Below, in pieces: positions 20,848-30,974 of a stretch of 64,000 nucleotides of DNA. The stretch is from an uncultured Acidimicrobiia bacterium. Its GTDB lineage: Bacteria > Actinomycetota > Acidimicrobiia > Acidimicrobiales > AC-14. Under the pieces are notes generated by a model. That model had not been told where the DNA came from. It saw nothing but the letters and a program-made list of their open reading frames with translations, and searched no databases. How positions within the stretch are numbered: the first letter of the stretch is position 1; each line of letters begins with the position of its first letter. Position numbers and translations under genes: made by a program. Where the stretch lies: contig CAWIIV010000020.1 of the NCBI GenBank assembly GCA_963836205.1, positions 32,001 through 96,000 on the forward strand. Reading direction: 5' to 3'.

Positions 20848-22749
20848 TCAGCCGGGCACCGCGCCCAGGAAGCGGGCCGCAATCGGCGCCGCCACCTGAC
20901 CGCCCACGCCGCCACCCTCCACCAGCACCGCGAACGCCAGCGAGCCGCGGAAGCCTATGAACCAGGCGTGGGTCTCGGGCGGGTCGGCCCGGCCGAACTC
21001 GGCCGTGCCCGTCTTGCCGGCGACCTCCAGGCCGGCGACGGCCGCGGCCGTGCCGGTGCCGGTGCGCACCACCTCCCGCATGAGGTCGGCCAGGACGGCG
21101 ACCGTCGCCGGCGCCAACACGACCGGCGCCACCGCCACCGCCGACGGCGAACCGGCACCCAGGACGCGGGGCGCCCGCCACGTCCCCGAGGCCACCGCCG
21201 CGGCCACCGAGGCCATGTGGAGGGGGCTGGCCAGCACCCGGCCCTGGCCGATGGCGGACGACGCCCGGTCGGCGGCGTCGCCCGGGTCGGGAAAGTCGCC
21301 CCCCGACGCGCCCACCCCCGCGTCGTAGTCGACGCCGAAGCCGAATCGCGACGCAGCGGCGACCAGATCGGCGTCCGACAGCTCGTCGGCGAGGGTGACG
21401 AATGCGGTGTTGCACGAATGGGCGAAGGCCGTGCGGAAGGGAATGGAGCCGAAGGACTCGTCCTCGAAGTTCTTGAACGGCTTGCCCCCGATGGTGGCCA
21501 AGGGCTCGCAGGCGACGACCGTGTCGGGGCCGATGCCGCTGGCCACCAACGCCTCCGCCGTCACCACCTTGAAGCTCGAACCGGGCGGGTACTGGCCGTC
21601 GAAGGCCCGGTTGAACGCCTCGTCGAGGGGGCGGGCCGACACTGCTCGCACGTCGCCGGTGGCGGCGTCGATGGCCACGATGGCCGCCGGTTCGTCGATG
21701 CCCACCAACGCCTGGTCGGCCGCCTGCTGAACCCGGGGGTCGAGGGTGAGGACCAACGGCTCGGGCGGGGTGCCCGGGAACTGGGCCACGACGGCGACCT
21801 CCACGTCGGAGGCGTCGACGAGGCGAACCTCGCCCGACGGCAGCCCCGCCAGTTGCCGCTCGTAGGCCGCTTCGAGGCCGGACAGCCCGACCTGGTCACC
21901 TGCCTCGTAGGGCGCACCGAGCTGGTCGAGGCGCTCGGCGGTGATCTCGCCCACCCGTCCGAGCAGGTGGAGGGCGAACTCGTCGGTGGGCGTGACCCGG
22001 CCCGAGCCCTGCTGGAAGAAGACCCCGGGCACCGGCTCGAGCACAGCCCGGATCGGCGCGAACCGGTCGCGCTCCACCCGGGAGACGGGGACGAAGTGGC
22101 CGGGCCCGACGCCCGGGTCGTCGAGGGCGGCCGCGACCGCGGCGGGGTCGGTGCCGAGCTGCTGGGTGAGGACCGCCTGGACCTGGGCCAGGTCGAGGAT
22201 GCGATCGGGTTGCAGGCCGACGACGACCGTGTCGCTGGTGGACGCCAGGGTGGCGCCGGCGGCCCCGACGATGGGCGCCCGGGTGGGCCACACCACACCC
22301 AGCCTGAAGCGCAGGTCGGGGCGGAGGGCGGGATGGAGCGACGACGGGTCCCAGGCGATCCGCCAGGCGTCGGCGTCGGCGCCGTCGTCGTCCTGGTCCC
22401 GGCGGACGAGGGCGAGGCGGCCGTCGTACTGAAGCCGGCCGATCCCGCCCACCTCGAGGTCGGCGGTGAACGTGGCCTGCAGCTCGTCGACCAGCACGGT
22501 GCGGAAGGCGGCGCTGGTGACCCGCAGGTCGTCGCGCATGGCCGTGACCGCCTCGGCGAAGCCGGCGGGGGCACCGTCGACGACCACAGCCATGGCCGCG
22601 GGATCGAACCGCTCCCACGCGGCCAGGTAGGTCGACACCTCGGCCGTCGCCAATCGGGGCTCGTCGTCGCCGCGGCTGAGGAAGTACGCCCCGCCTCCGC
22701 CCGCGAGGAGCACGGCGACGATGCCGACGACGAGCAGCTTCCGCCTCAA
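20848..22749 (-). CDS. Class B penicillin-binding transpeptidase with NTF2/MecA-like N-domain
   Basis: PGSSFK, SCN and KTGT motifs; N-terminal TM. Confidence 0.9.
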   Translation of the reverse strand: MRRKLLVVGIVAVLLAGGGGAYFLSRGDDEPRLATAEVSTYLAAWERFDPAAMAVVVDGAPAGFAEAVTAMRDDLRVTSAAFRTVLVDELQATFTADLEVGGIGRLQYDGRLALVRRDQDDDGADADAWRIAWDPSSLHPALRPDLRFRLGVVWPTRAPIVGAAGATLASTSDTVVVGLQPDRILDLAQVQAVLTQQLGTDPAAVAAALDDPGVGPGHFVPVSRVERDRFAPIRAVLEPVPGVFFQQGSGRVTPTDEFALHLLGRVGEITAERLDQLGAPYEAGDQVGLSGLEAAYERQLAGLPSGEVRLVDASDVEVAVVAQFPGTPPEPLVLTLDPRVQQAADQALVGIDEPAAIVAIDAATGDVRAVSARPLDEAFNRAFDGQYPPGSSFKVVTAEALVASGIGPDTVVACEPLATIGGKPFKNFEDESFGSIPFRTAFAHSCNTAFVTLADELSDADLVAAASRFGFGVDYDAGVGASGGDFPDPGDAADRASSAIGQGRVLASPLHMASVAAAVASGTWRAPRVLGAGSPSAVAVAPVVLAPATVAVLADLMREVVRTGTGTAAAVAGLEVAGKTGTAEFGRADPPETHAWFIGFRGSLAFAVLVEGGGVGGQVAAPIAARFLGAVPG

Positions 22750-22885
22750 GGTCGACCATTCTGCCCCGCCGGCAGGCCCCTATTGCGGCAATCGCCGGAG
22801 CAGGAAAATGTCGGCGGCAACCGTCGGCGATTGTCTTGGTAGCGTGATTGCCCCGTGGACCACGGGCCTTGGTCGGGAAAAGGGG

Positions 22886-24121
22886 ATGGTCATGAACTGT
22901 TCGAGGCGGCGTACGTCCATCCGGATCGGCATCGTCGTGGCCGCGGTGATCGCGCTCGGTGGTGTGTCTGTCCCACCCGTGACCGCGGCCGCGGCCACCC
23001 AGGTCGTGCTCACCGACGTCACGACGGCGCTCAACGTCGGCGACGTCGACAACCTGTTCGTGGCCCTGCGCGACGGCACCAATGCCAACGACACCGGCTA
23101 CGTGGGCACGGTCACGTTCGTCGCCGACTGCGGGGAGTGCTTCACGATCACGCCCAACAACGGGGGCGGATCGACCCGGGCGTACACGTTCGTGCCCGCC
23201 GACGGCGGCCAGAAGGCGATGGCCCTCACCTGGACCGAAGCCGGCACCCACCTCCTGGCGGTGGCCGCCACCCTCACCGGCGACACGGTCGACACCGACA
23301 GCGTGCCCGGCATCGTCGTGGGGCCGATGCCGACGACCACAACCTCCACCACCTCGTCGACCACCACCACCTCGACCTCCTCCACCTCAACGACGAGCAC
23401 CTCCACGACCACGACCACCACCACCACGACCGTCCCGCCCGCGGGGGCCAACCAGGCCCGGCCCCTCGTGGTGCGGGCCGACACCTGGTACCTGCGCAAC
23501 AGCCAGACCACGGGAAACGCCGACACCGTCTTCGTCTACGGCAACCCCACGGGCGACATCCCCGTCACCGGCGACTGGGACGGCAACGGCTCCGTCACCC
23601 CGGGCATGGTTCGGGGCGACTCGTGGTTCCTGCGCAACGCCAACTCGACGGGTACGGCCGACGCCTCCTTCCTCTACGGCGACCCGGGCGACACGCCCGT
23701 CGTCGGCGACTGGGACGGCAACGGGACGGTGACCGCGGGCGTGGTCCGTGCCGGGACCTGGTACCTGCGCAATTCGAACACCCAGGGCGTGGCCGATCTC
23801 AGCTTTGTCTACGGGAACCCGGGCGACATCCCGGTGGCAGGCGACTGGGACACGACCAAGTCGACCACACCTGGTGTGGTGCGCAACGGCGTGTGGTTCA
23901 TCCGCAATTCGAATACCCAGGGCACGGCCGACGGCAGCTACGGCTACGGCAACGCGGGCGACAAACCGCTGGCCGGCGATTGGGACGGCATCGGGACGAT
24001 GACACCCGGCGTGGTGCGGGGCAGCTCGTGGTTCCTCCGCAACGGCAACACCACCGGCGTCGCCGACGTGACCTTCACCTACGGCAACCCCACCGACACG
24101 CCCCTCCTCTGGCGGCCGTAA
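22886..24121 (+). CDS. Secreted protein with Thr-rich linker and GDWDG (FG-GAP-like) propeller repeats
   Basis: Signal peptide; poly-Thr; five ~40-aa repeats WYLRN...YGNPGDxPVxGDWDG. Confidence 0.85.
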   Translation: MVMNCSRRRTSIRIGIVVAAVIALGGVSVPPVTAAAATQVVLTDVTTALNVGDVDNLFVALRDGTNANDTGYVGTVTFVADCGECFTITPNNGGGSTRAYTFVPADGGQKAMALTWTEAGTHLLAVAATLTGDTVDTDSVPGIVVGPMPTTTTSTTSSTTTTSTSSTSTTSTSTTTTTTTTTVPPAGANQARPLVVRADTWYLRNSQTTGNADTVFVYGNPTGDIPVTGDWDGNGSVTPGMVRGDSWFLRNANSTGTADASFLYGDPGDTPVVGDWDGNGTVTAGVVRAGTWYLRNSNTQGVADLSFVYGNPGDIPVAGDWDTTKSTTPGVVRNGVWFIRNSNTQGTADGSYGYGNAGDKPLAGDWDGIGTMTPGVVRGSSWFLRNGNTTGVADVTFTYGNPTDTPLLWRP

Positions 24122-24402
24122 CGCCCCTGGCGACGCCGGGTCGGTGCCCAGGCGGAGGTGGATCCAGGGCGGGAGCTCGCTGGTGGCTGCGGCCGGGCAG
24201 GCGCCGGTCGCGCTCGCCCGGGAGTCGACCAGGGCGGCGTCGGCGGTGACTGCCCCGGCGTAGCCCACCGGCGGGTAGAAGTAGGCCTCGGCCCGGGGGT
24301 ATGCGGCGCAGGTGCCTGCGGTGGGGCCGAACCAGATGGACTGGGTGATGGTCGCGGCCACCCGATCTTGCCGCGTCCGCCGCCGACTGCATGACAGTTC
24401 GG

Positions 24403-26679
24403 TCAGTTGTTGAGCAGGTGGGCCGTCGCCCGGCGGCCGGGGAGCTTGACGACCTCGATGGCGTTGGGGAGCTGTTCCTTGATGGCGTTGTCGTGGGTGA
24501 CGACGAGGACCTGGCGGAATCGGTTCTTCAACCGCTCCAGGGCGAGCAGCATCCGCTCCTTGCGCTCGTCGTCGAGGGGGCCGAAGACCTCGTCGAGGAC
24601 GAGCAGCCCGACCGCCCCGCCGGCCTGGAACTGGACCTGCTCGCTCACCGCCACCCGGAGGGCGAGGTTGGCCAGGTCGGTCTCCGAGCCCGAAAAACGG
24701 GTCATCCCGTAGAGGAGCCCGGCGTCGCGCAGTTGGATCTCGTAGGTCTCCGGGTTGACGATGAGCTCGTCGTACTCGTGGTCGGTGAGCTCGGCGAACA
24801 GCGCCCCCGCCTTCTCCGACAGCCGGGGCCCCACCGACGCCACCAGCTCGTTGCGGAAGGCGTTGAGCAGGTCGGCCAGGCGGGCCAGGTGGCGGGCGTC
24901 GTCGCCCAGGCCCGCCAGCCGCTCGTGCTGTTCGAGGGCCTCGGCCAGCCGACGGCCCTCGGCGTCGGCCTTGGCCCGGGCCTGGACGGCCGCCACCCGG
25001 GCGTGGCCGGCGGCGAGGGCGGCCTCGTCGGCGACGGCCCGCTGCCGATCGCGCACCGCGACCGCCTGGGCCACGTCGTCGGGCCGGTAGTCGAGGCCCT
25101 TGGCCTTGGCCCGCAGGTTGTCGAGCCGGCCCTTGCTCTCGTCGGCCGCGGCCCGCTCCACGTCGAGCTCGGCCTTGGCCGTCACCCGCCGTTCGAGGCG
25201 CCCGGCGATGCGTTGGCACTCGTCGGCCGCCTGGCGCCGGCGGTCGACCTCGGCCGCCAGCCGGGCCACCTCCCCCTCCTCGACCGGCTCGCCGTGGGCG
25301 GCCTCGGCCCGGGCCAGGGCCGACTCCGCCTCCGCCCGGCGGGCCCGGGTGGCCTCGTACGCCTTCCACGCATCGCGGGCCAGCTTGAGGTCGATGAGTA
25401 GGGCATTTGCCGCCTCGGCGGCGACGCTGGCCGCGAACCCGGCCCGCCGCCGGTCGAGCTCGGCCTCCACCAGGGCCCCCTCCGCCACCGCCAGCTCGGC
25501 CGCTCGGTGCGCCTGCACCGACTCGAAGGCGTCGCCCAGGGCCTGGCCGCAGAGCGGGCAATCGGCCTCGCCGGTGAGCTCGCCCGAGCGATCGACCGCG
25601 GCCGCGGCCCGCTCCCTCGTGGCGCGGGCCGCGTCGAGCACGGCCTGCACCCGGGACACCTCGGTGCGGGCCACGTCGAGCTCGGCCCGGGCCGCCTCGT
25701 AGCCCTCCTCGTCGGGCGGGGGTGGGTCCTCCGCCGGCGGCAGGTTGGCGACCGCGGCCCGAGCCGCGACCACCGCCTCCACCCGCCGCAGGCGAGCCTC
25801 GGCGTCGCGCCAGCCCTCGGCCTCGGCCTGGAGCGACGCCAGGCGGTTGGCAGCCGCCTCCAGCGCAGCCAGCTCGTCGGCCAGCTTGGCTGCCCCGGCC
25901 AGGGCCCGCTCGAACTCCGCCCGCACCGCCCGCCCCTCGGCCACCAGCTTGTCGTGCTCCTGGCGGACGCCCTCCAGCCGGTCGGCGCTGCGGTGGGCGG
26001 CCTCGAAGTGGACCCGTGCCGTCTCCAGGGCGGTGTCGAGCTCGGACGCCTTCCACTCCAGGGCGGTGGCCATCGACACCGCCTCCTGCAGCTCGGCCTT
26101 GACCCGGCTGAGGTCGGGGAGCATGTCGCGCAGGCGCTCGAACGTGGTGGTGGCCGACCGGGCGTCCTTGCGGGCCAGGTCGCGCGCGCCGTCGAGGGGC
26201 GTGATCCCCAGGAGCTGGAGGACGAGCTTGCGGCGCTCGCTCGGCGGCTGGTCGCTGAAGGCGGCGAGTTGCTTCTGCTCGGCGAAGACGGAGGCCCGGA
26301 AGGCGGCGTCGTCCATTCCCAGGATCGAGTGGACATAGCGGGCGGTGTCGCGGACGCCCTCGGCCACCTGCATCCCGTCGGCGTGGGCCTGGGCCTTCAC
26401 CGTCGAGCCGGCCCCCGCGATCGTGCGCCGGACCAGGTAGAGGTGGCCCTCGTGCTCGAACTCGACCTCGCTGACGCACTCCGACCTGAGGCCGGCGGTG
26501 CGGATCTCGTCGATCGAGGTGCGGGAGCGGCCGAAGAGCGTCCACCGGATCGACTCGACGATCGTGCTCTTGCCCCCTCCGTTGGGCCCGTAGATGCCGA
26601 CCAGCCCCGGCGGGATCTCGAGGTCGAGCGGCTCCTCGTAGACCCGGTAGTTGCGCAGGTGGAGCCGGGTGATGCGCAT
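24403..26679 (-). CDS. rad50: Rad50/SbcC SMC-family ATPase
   Basis: Walker A GPNGGGKST, Q-loop AEQ, coiled coil with CPLC zinc hook, FSGSE signature, LLVLDEVFGPLD, VTH. Confidence 0.92.
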   Translation of the reverse strand: MRITRLHLRNYRVYEEPLDLEIPPGLVGIYGPNGGGKSTIVESIRWTLFGRSRTSIDEIRTAGLRSECVSEVEFEHEGHLYLVRRTIAGAGSTVKAQAHADGMQVAEGVRDTARYVHSILGMDDAAFRASVFAEQKQLAAFSDQPPSERRKLVLQLLGITPLDGARDLARKDARSATTTFERLRDMLPDLSRVKAELQEAVSMATALEWKASELDTALETARVHFEAAHRSADRLEGVRQEHDKLVAEGRAVRAEFERALAGAAKLADELAALEAAANRLASLQAEAEGWRDAEARLRRVEAVVAARAAVANLPPAEDPPPPDEEGYEAARAELDVARTEVSRVQAVLDAARATRERAAAAVDRSGELTGEADCPLCGQALGDAFESVQAHRAAELAVAEGALVEAELDRRRAGFAASVAAEAANALLIDLKLARDAWKAYEATRARRAEAESALARAEAAHGEPVEEGEVARLAAEVDRRRQAADECQRIAGRLERRVTAKAELDVERAAADESKGRLDNLRAKAKGLDYRPDDVAQAVAVRDRQRAVADEAALAAGHARVAAVQARAKADAEGRRLAEALEQHERLAGLGDDARHLARLADLLNAFRNELVASVGPRLSEKAGALFAELTDHEYDELIVNPETYEIQLRDAGLLYGMTRFSGSETDLANLALRVAVSEQVQFQAGGAVGLLVLDEVFGPLDDERKERMLLALERLKNRFRQVLVVTHDNAIKEQLPNAIEVVKLPGRRATAHLLNN

Positions 26680-26694
26680 GGTGGGCGGGCCCGC

Positions 26695-27813
26695 CTAGTC
26701 GGCCGCGGACTCGACGGCCCGGGCCAGGTAGTCGTCGCCCATGGTGCGGATGCGGTCGCGGTCGAAGCCGACCAGGTCCTGGCCCTGAACGTACTCGCCC
26801 CACTGGGCGGGCAGCGACTGGAGCTCGGGCAGCTGGGCGTGGCCCTCCGACTCCCGGAACCGGGGCTCCAGCTTCACCAGCAGGGCCTTGGCCGACGCCT
26901 CCCGCACCGCCTCCCGGTCGAGCAGGTGGAACGCCTCCGGCTCGACCTGTTCGAGGTAGAGGCGGGCGACCGCCCCGTTGGGCACCGCCGCCGCCCGTTC
27001 CAACACCGCCGCCTGGACCTCGGCCGGCGATAGCCCGAGGGCGTGCACGGAGGGGAGGGTGACCAGGGGCCGCTGGCCGGTGAGGGCGTGATGGGTGCAC
27101 ACGCCGGTGTCGGTGTCGAGGGTGACGATGCCCTTGGGCTCCTCGGGGCTGTCGGCGAAGGAGAACGTGTCGGTGGACCCGGCGTACCAGATCCCCTTAG
27201 CCACCTCGGTGTGGAAGTGGTAATGCCCGAGGAGGACGAGGTCGGCCTTCAGCTCGGACGCGTCGACCTCGATCTCGTTGATGTCGGCGTGCCGGGGCTC
27301 GACCTGGGGCACCCGGGGGTGGGTGAGCAGGAGGTTGGTGCGGTCGAGGCTGCGGTTGCGGTCGGCGTGGTGGAGGGCCTCGATGGTGTCGGCCACGGTG
27401 AGCATCTGGGGGACGGCGTGGATGGTGAGCCCGGCGAAGTCGAACCGCTCGTACTGGAGGCGGTGGGCGAACTTGACGTCGGTGAACGTGTCGGCCAGGG
27501 CCGAGTAGGGGCTGCCCGTGCCCGGCAGGCGGGGTGTGTCGTGGTTGCCGGTGATCACCACCAGGGGGACGCCGTGGGCCCGCACCCTCGACATGGCCCG
27601 CTGGGCGATGCGGAACGACCGGTAGGTGGGACGGGGATGGTCGAAGATGTCGCCCAGCCACACCACCAGGTCGGGCGCCTGGGCCAGGGCCAGCTCCACG
27701 GCCGCCTCGAACGACTGCTCGAAGTCACGCTCGCGCTGGTTGACCCCTTCGGGCGTGGTGAACGAGTAGTACGACCGCCCGAGGTGGGCGTCGCCCAGGG
27801 CCGCGATCTTCAC
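26695..27813 (-). CDS. mre11: Mre11/SbcD metallophosphoesterase nuclease
   Basis: DAHLG, GDIFD, GNHD, LGHYH, WYAGS motifs. Confidence 0.92.
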   Translation of the reverse strand: MKIAALGDAHLGRSYYSFTTPEGVNQRERDFEQSFEAAVELALAQAPDLVVWLGDIFDHPRPTYRSFRIAQRAMSRVRAHGVPLVVITGNHDTPRLPGTGSPYSALADTFTDVKFAHRLQYERFDFAGLTIHAVPQMLTVADTIEALHHADRNRSLDRTNLLLTHPRVPQVEPRHADINEIEVDASELKADLVLLGHYHFHTEVAKGIWYAGSTDTFSFADSPEEPKGIVTLDTDTGVCTHHALTGQRPLVTLPSVHALGLSPAEVQAAVLERAAAVPNGAVARLYLEQVEPEAFHLLDREAVREASAKALLVKLEPRFRESEGHAQLPELQSLPAQWGEYVQGQDLVGFDRDRIRTMGDDYLARAVESAAD

Positions 27814-27827
27814 GCCGCCCGCCCCCT

Positions 27828-27942
27828 CGAACTGGTGACGAAAGTGGTGGCCAGGGCAACCGAAAACGTCACCGGTTCGGGGTTGCGTCGCCAACAGGTG
27901 ACGATTTTGGTGGCCAGGGCAACCGAAAACGACACCGGTTCG
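27828..27942. repeat. Two tandem ~50-bp palindromic (REP-like) units between herA and mre11
   Basis: GAACTGGTGACG...CGTCACCGGTTCG and AACAGGTGACG...CGACACCGGTTCG sharing the core GGTGGCCAGGGCAACCGAAAAC. Confidence 0.85.
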
Positions 27943-27955
27943 AAGGTCGGGCGCA

Positions 27956-29530
27956 TCAGTCGACCAGGGCGGCGATGTTGGGTGGCACCACGGGGCGGGG
28001 GACGGGCGGGGGCGGGCAGTCGCGCACCACGTGCGACCACAGGTGGACCTTGGCCGGCACCGCGAAGGGGGCGTGGAGGTTGGCCACCAGGCACTCCCCC
28101 GGCATGAGCGTCTGGATCTCGGGCCCGAGGGCGGAGATGTCCTGCTTCGACGACGAGCGCAGGATGGTGCGGTCCTTCTCGTCGGCCAGGCCCAGGATGA
28201 AGAAGGTGTTGAACTGGCTCAGCAGCTCGCCGTCGAGGAGCTTGGGTTGCTGGGTGACGGCGCACAGCCCGACCTTGAACTTGCGCCCCTCCCGGGCCAC
28301 CCGGGGAAAGACGTTGGACTCCTTGTCCTTGTTGGCCGACAACACCCGCTGCGCCTCCTCCAGGACGATGGCCACCACCGGCAGCCGCTCGTGGACCTCG
28401 GGGTGGTCGAGGTAGGCGGCCGACCATTCGTCGAGCACCTTGCGGGCGAGGAACGAGGCGACCAGCACCTCCTCGGTGGACCCCAGGCCGCTCACGTCGA
28501 CCAGCACCACCTTGCCCTCACGCAGGTCGCGCAGCACCGCCGAGCCGACCGACACGTGAGCGTCGGCCGCGACGCACGGCAGCTCCACGATGCGCCGGGC
28601 CCGCCGGTGCACCACCTGCAGGGTGTTGAGGGCGACCCGCGAGTTCAGCTCCACGTCGCGGAATCCGGGGAGGTCCTCCACCGCCGAGAACTCGAGCATC
28701 CACGAGAGTCCCTCGCCGCCCGATCGGGAGTAGTGGCGCTCGAGCTCGAACAGGGCCTCCTCCTGGGGGCGGCTCCAGTCGTAGGCGGTGCGCAGGTCGT
28801 CGACGGTGAGCTCGCCCAGCCCCACCCGCAGGGTGGACGTGTTGGGCAGGCTGCGGGCGGCGTAGGTGCGCAGCCGCTCCCCCGCCCACGGGTGGCGGGC
28901 CAGCTGTGTGCGGTACTCGCCGTGGGGGTCGACCAGGAGCAGCCCGTATCGGCCCTGGGCCCGCATGACCCCGCCCGCCAGCACCATCATCAGGTTGGAC
29001 TTCCCCATGCCCGTAGTGGCGAAGATGCCGACGTGGGTGGCCAGGCTGTCGCCGGGGATGCCGACCTCGAAGTCGACGACGGTCTCGCCACTGCGCAGGT
29101 TGCCGACGGGCAGGTCGCCCATGCGGGTGCGGAGGAAGGCGAAGTCGGCCGGCTCCGGCGCCACCACCCTGGAGAACTGGGTGGGCAGGCTCTTGGGCTT
29201 GCGGAACTCGAGCCCGTCCGGGGTGAGGTAGCCCAGGCAGCGGCAGGTGGCGACGCGGTAGGTGCGGCGGGACTGCTCGTAGAGGCGATGGGCACCGTCG
29301 TCGCCCCGGTCGTCGTCGGCCAGGAGGGTGCCTGCCACCCGCTCGGCCCATCCCGGCTCCCGGTGCTCGCTGCCGTAGGTGACGTCGACGATGCGAAAGA
29401 GGTAGCGCCGCCCGGTGGCCTCGTCGACCGCCACCAGCAGCTCGCCCAGGAACAGGTCTTCGTCGGGCCCGGCCCGGAACACGCCCTCCAACACGTTCTT
29501 GCCGAACAGCCGGCCCCGTGAGTCACCCAT
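27956..29530 (-). CDS. herA: HerA-family helicase/translocase
   Basis: N-terminal HAS-barrel-like region; HVGIFATTGMGKSN, DPHGEY, IVLEEAQ, REGRKFKVGLCAVTQQP. Confidence 0.9.
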   Translation of the reverse strand: MGDSRGRLFGKNVLEGVFRAGPDEDLFLGELLVAVDEATGRRYLFRIVDVTYGSEHREPGWAERVAGTLLADDDRGDDGAHRLYEQSRRTYRVATCRCLGYLTPDGLEFRKPKSLPTQFSRVVAPEPADFAFLRTRMGDLPVGNLRSGETVVDFEVGIPGDSLATHVGIFATTGMGKSNLMMVLAGGVMRAQGRYGLLLVDPHGEYRTQLARHPWAGERLRTYAARSLPNTSTLRVGLGELTVDDLRTAYDWSRPQEEALFELERHYSRSGGEGLSWMLEFSAVEDLPGFRDVELNSRVALNTLQVVHRRARRIVELPCVAADAHVSVGSAVLRDLREGKVVLVDVSGLGSTEEVLVASFLARKVLDEWSAAYLDHPEVHERLPVVAIVLEEAQRVLSANKDKESNVFPRVAREGRKFKVGLCAVTQQPKLLDGELLSQFNTFFILGLADEKDRTILRSSSKQDISALGPEIQTLMPGECLVANLHAPFAVPAKVHLWSHVVRDCPPPPVPRPVVPPNIAALVD

Positions 29531-30502
29531 CTAGAACCGCTCCATGAGCCCGTGGCGGTCGGCGAAGGCCCGCTCCCGGACGTCGTGGGGCACGCCCACC
29601 CGGTCGAAGTGGCCCTCGACCTCGAGCCACGCCTCCTCCCGCAGCCAGCCCGGGCAGGCGGCCAGCCGGTCGGCGACGGTGAGCGGGTAGGGGTAGCCGG
29701 GAAAGGCGGCGTCGTCGGACAGGCCGGCGAGGGCGGACAGGACCGGCTCGGCGTCGACGTCGCCGGGCAGATCGACCCGGAAGGCGAAGCGGGCGTCGGG
29801 GTCGAGGCGCGCCGCCACCACCTGGATGCCGGCGTCGACGTCGGGCCGGGTGCGGGCGACCGGAGTCCACCACATGGCACGTGTACCGAGGAGGACTTCC
29901 GCCTCCAGCTCGAGCTGGCCCAGCAACGGCGCCCCACCCCGGGCCAACGACGATCGCTTGGTGACGCCCGCCAACGTGACCCCCGCGGCCCCGGCCCGTT
30001 CCAACAGCCCCTTGAGCCACGCCGACGGGATGCGCCAGTCGGGCACCAGGTCGCCGTCGACCAGCACCACCGCGCCCCGCTCGGCCTCGGCGATGCACTG
30101 CTCGACGGCCACCCACTCCTCGCGGTCGCGGAGGAGGTTGAGGTCGATCTTGGCGTCGAGGCGGATGTCGAGGCCGAGGTCGGCCGCCACCGCCCGCTCC
30201 TCGCCACAGCCGACCAGCCGGGCCTGGAGCTCGCCCTCGTACTCCACGCACTCCCCGTCGCGGAACCGCACCCGGGCGGCCCGGGTGACCACCAGCTGCA
30301 GGCAGCGGGCGTCGGCCACAAGGGCCTGGCCGCCGTCGACGGCCCACACCTCGTCGGGCGCCGCGGCCCGGGCGAGGGGCCGGGGCTCGATGTCGTAGGA
30401 GAAGGCGAGGTCGGTGCCGGTGGGGTCGCTCAGGACGCTCCCGCCACCGGTGAGCAGGACCGCCAGGCGCTCGGCGGCGACGGCCAGGGTTGCAGAGGAC
30501 AT
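29531..30502 (-). CDS. nurA: NurA-family nuclease
   Basis: WAVDGG, VLVDGDL, GVTKRS, FRVD, GYPYPL; stop codon abuts the herA ATG. Confidence 0.85.
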   Translation of the reverse strand: MSSATLAVAAERLAVLLTGGGSVLSDPTGTDLAFSYDIEPRPLARAAAPDEVWAVDGGQALVADARCLQLVVTRAARVRFRDGECVEYEGELQARLVGCGEERAVAADLGLDIRLDAKIDLNLLRDREEWVAVEQCIAEAERGAVVLVDGDLVPDWRIPSAWLKGLLERAGAAGVTLAGVTKRSSLARGGAPLLGQLELEAEVLLGTRAMWWTPVARTRPDVDAGIQVVAARLDPDARFAFRVDLPGDVDAEPVLSALAGLSDDAAFPGYPYPLTVADRLAACPGWLREEAWLEVEGHFDRVGVPHDVRERAFADRHGLMERF

Positions 30503-30533
30503 CGCCCACCAGCCTGCCAAGCCGGTGCGACAG

Positions 30534-30547
30534 TTACAAGCTTGTAA
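30534..30547. promoter_or_regulatory. Perfect 14-bp palindrome TTACAAGCTTGTAA, candidate operator of the nurA operon
   Basis: AT-rich dyad ~30 bp upstream of the nurA start; 11/14 copy at 30988-31001. Confidence 0.5.
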
Positions 30548-30560
30548 GTCCAGGCCCATC

Positions 30561-30610
30561 GAACCGGTGACAGATTGCGGGGTCCTGACCCCCAAAAACG
30601 TCACCGGTTG
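30561..30610. repeat. REP-like hairpin unit
   Basis: GAACCGGTGAC...GTCACCGGTTG immediately after the TfoX-gene stop. Confidence 0.8.
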
Positions 30611-30611
30611 A

Positions 30612-30974
30612 CTACTTCTTCCCCTTCTTCACCTTCGGCGGCAGAGCACCGATCAGCGCCAACGACGTGGCGATCCACGGCTCGGCCTCGGCCGGTGTCG
30701 CCCGCCAGGCCGACGGCAGGGTGACGTAGCCGCCCATGGGACGCTCCTCCGGCCCGAACGGTCCCCCGCCGTGCTCGGTCGTCAGCCGCTCCCGATCACC
30801 CTCGTCCAGCTTCACGCCCACGTCGGCGCCGAACAGGCCCATGAACATGTTCCCGTTCACGAACGCGCCCAGCTGGCCGAACATGGGCTTGACCTCGACG
30901 CGGGGATCGTCAGGAACCAGCGAGCGGAAGAACTCCTTGTCGTCCTCAGTCGGCTTGGGCATCTCCATTCCCAC
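30612..30974 (-). CDS. TfoX N-terminal domain protein
   Basis: KPMFGQLGAFVNGNMFMGL, RPMGGYV, LPPK. Confidence 0.88.
   Translation of the reverse strand: MGMEMPKPTEDDKEFFRSLVPDDPRVEVKPMFGQLGAFVNGNMFMGLFGADVGVKLDEGDRERLTTEHGGGPFGPEERPMGGYVTLPSAWRATPAEAEPWIATSLALIGALPPKVKKGKK

Noticed and set aside
24122-24400. Small gene between the GDWDG protein and rad50
   Set aside because: No recognisable motif or clear start; cannot be supported.
23387-27100. Very long alternative ORFs (e.g. 1237 aa; also 10078..12912, 42550..45048, 56723..59476)
   Set aside because: Shadow or off-frame ORFs expected at high GC, overlapping well-supported genes.
27828-27942. Mini-CRISPR or attC-like cassette sites
   Set aside because: Only two adjacent units, no cas gene or integrase nearby, and similar units lie inside PKS coding sequence; better explained as REP-like repeats.
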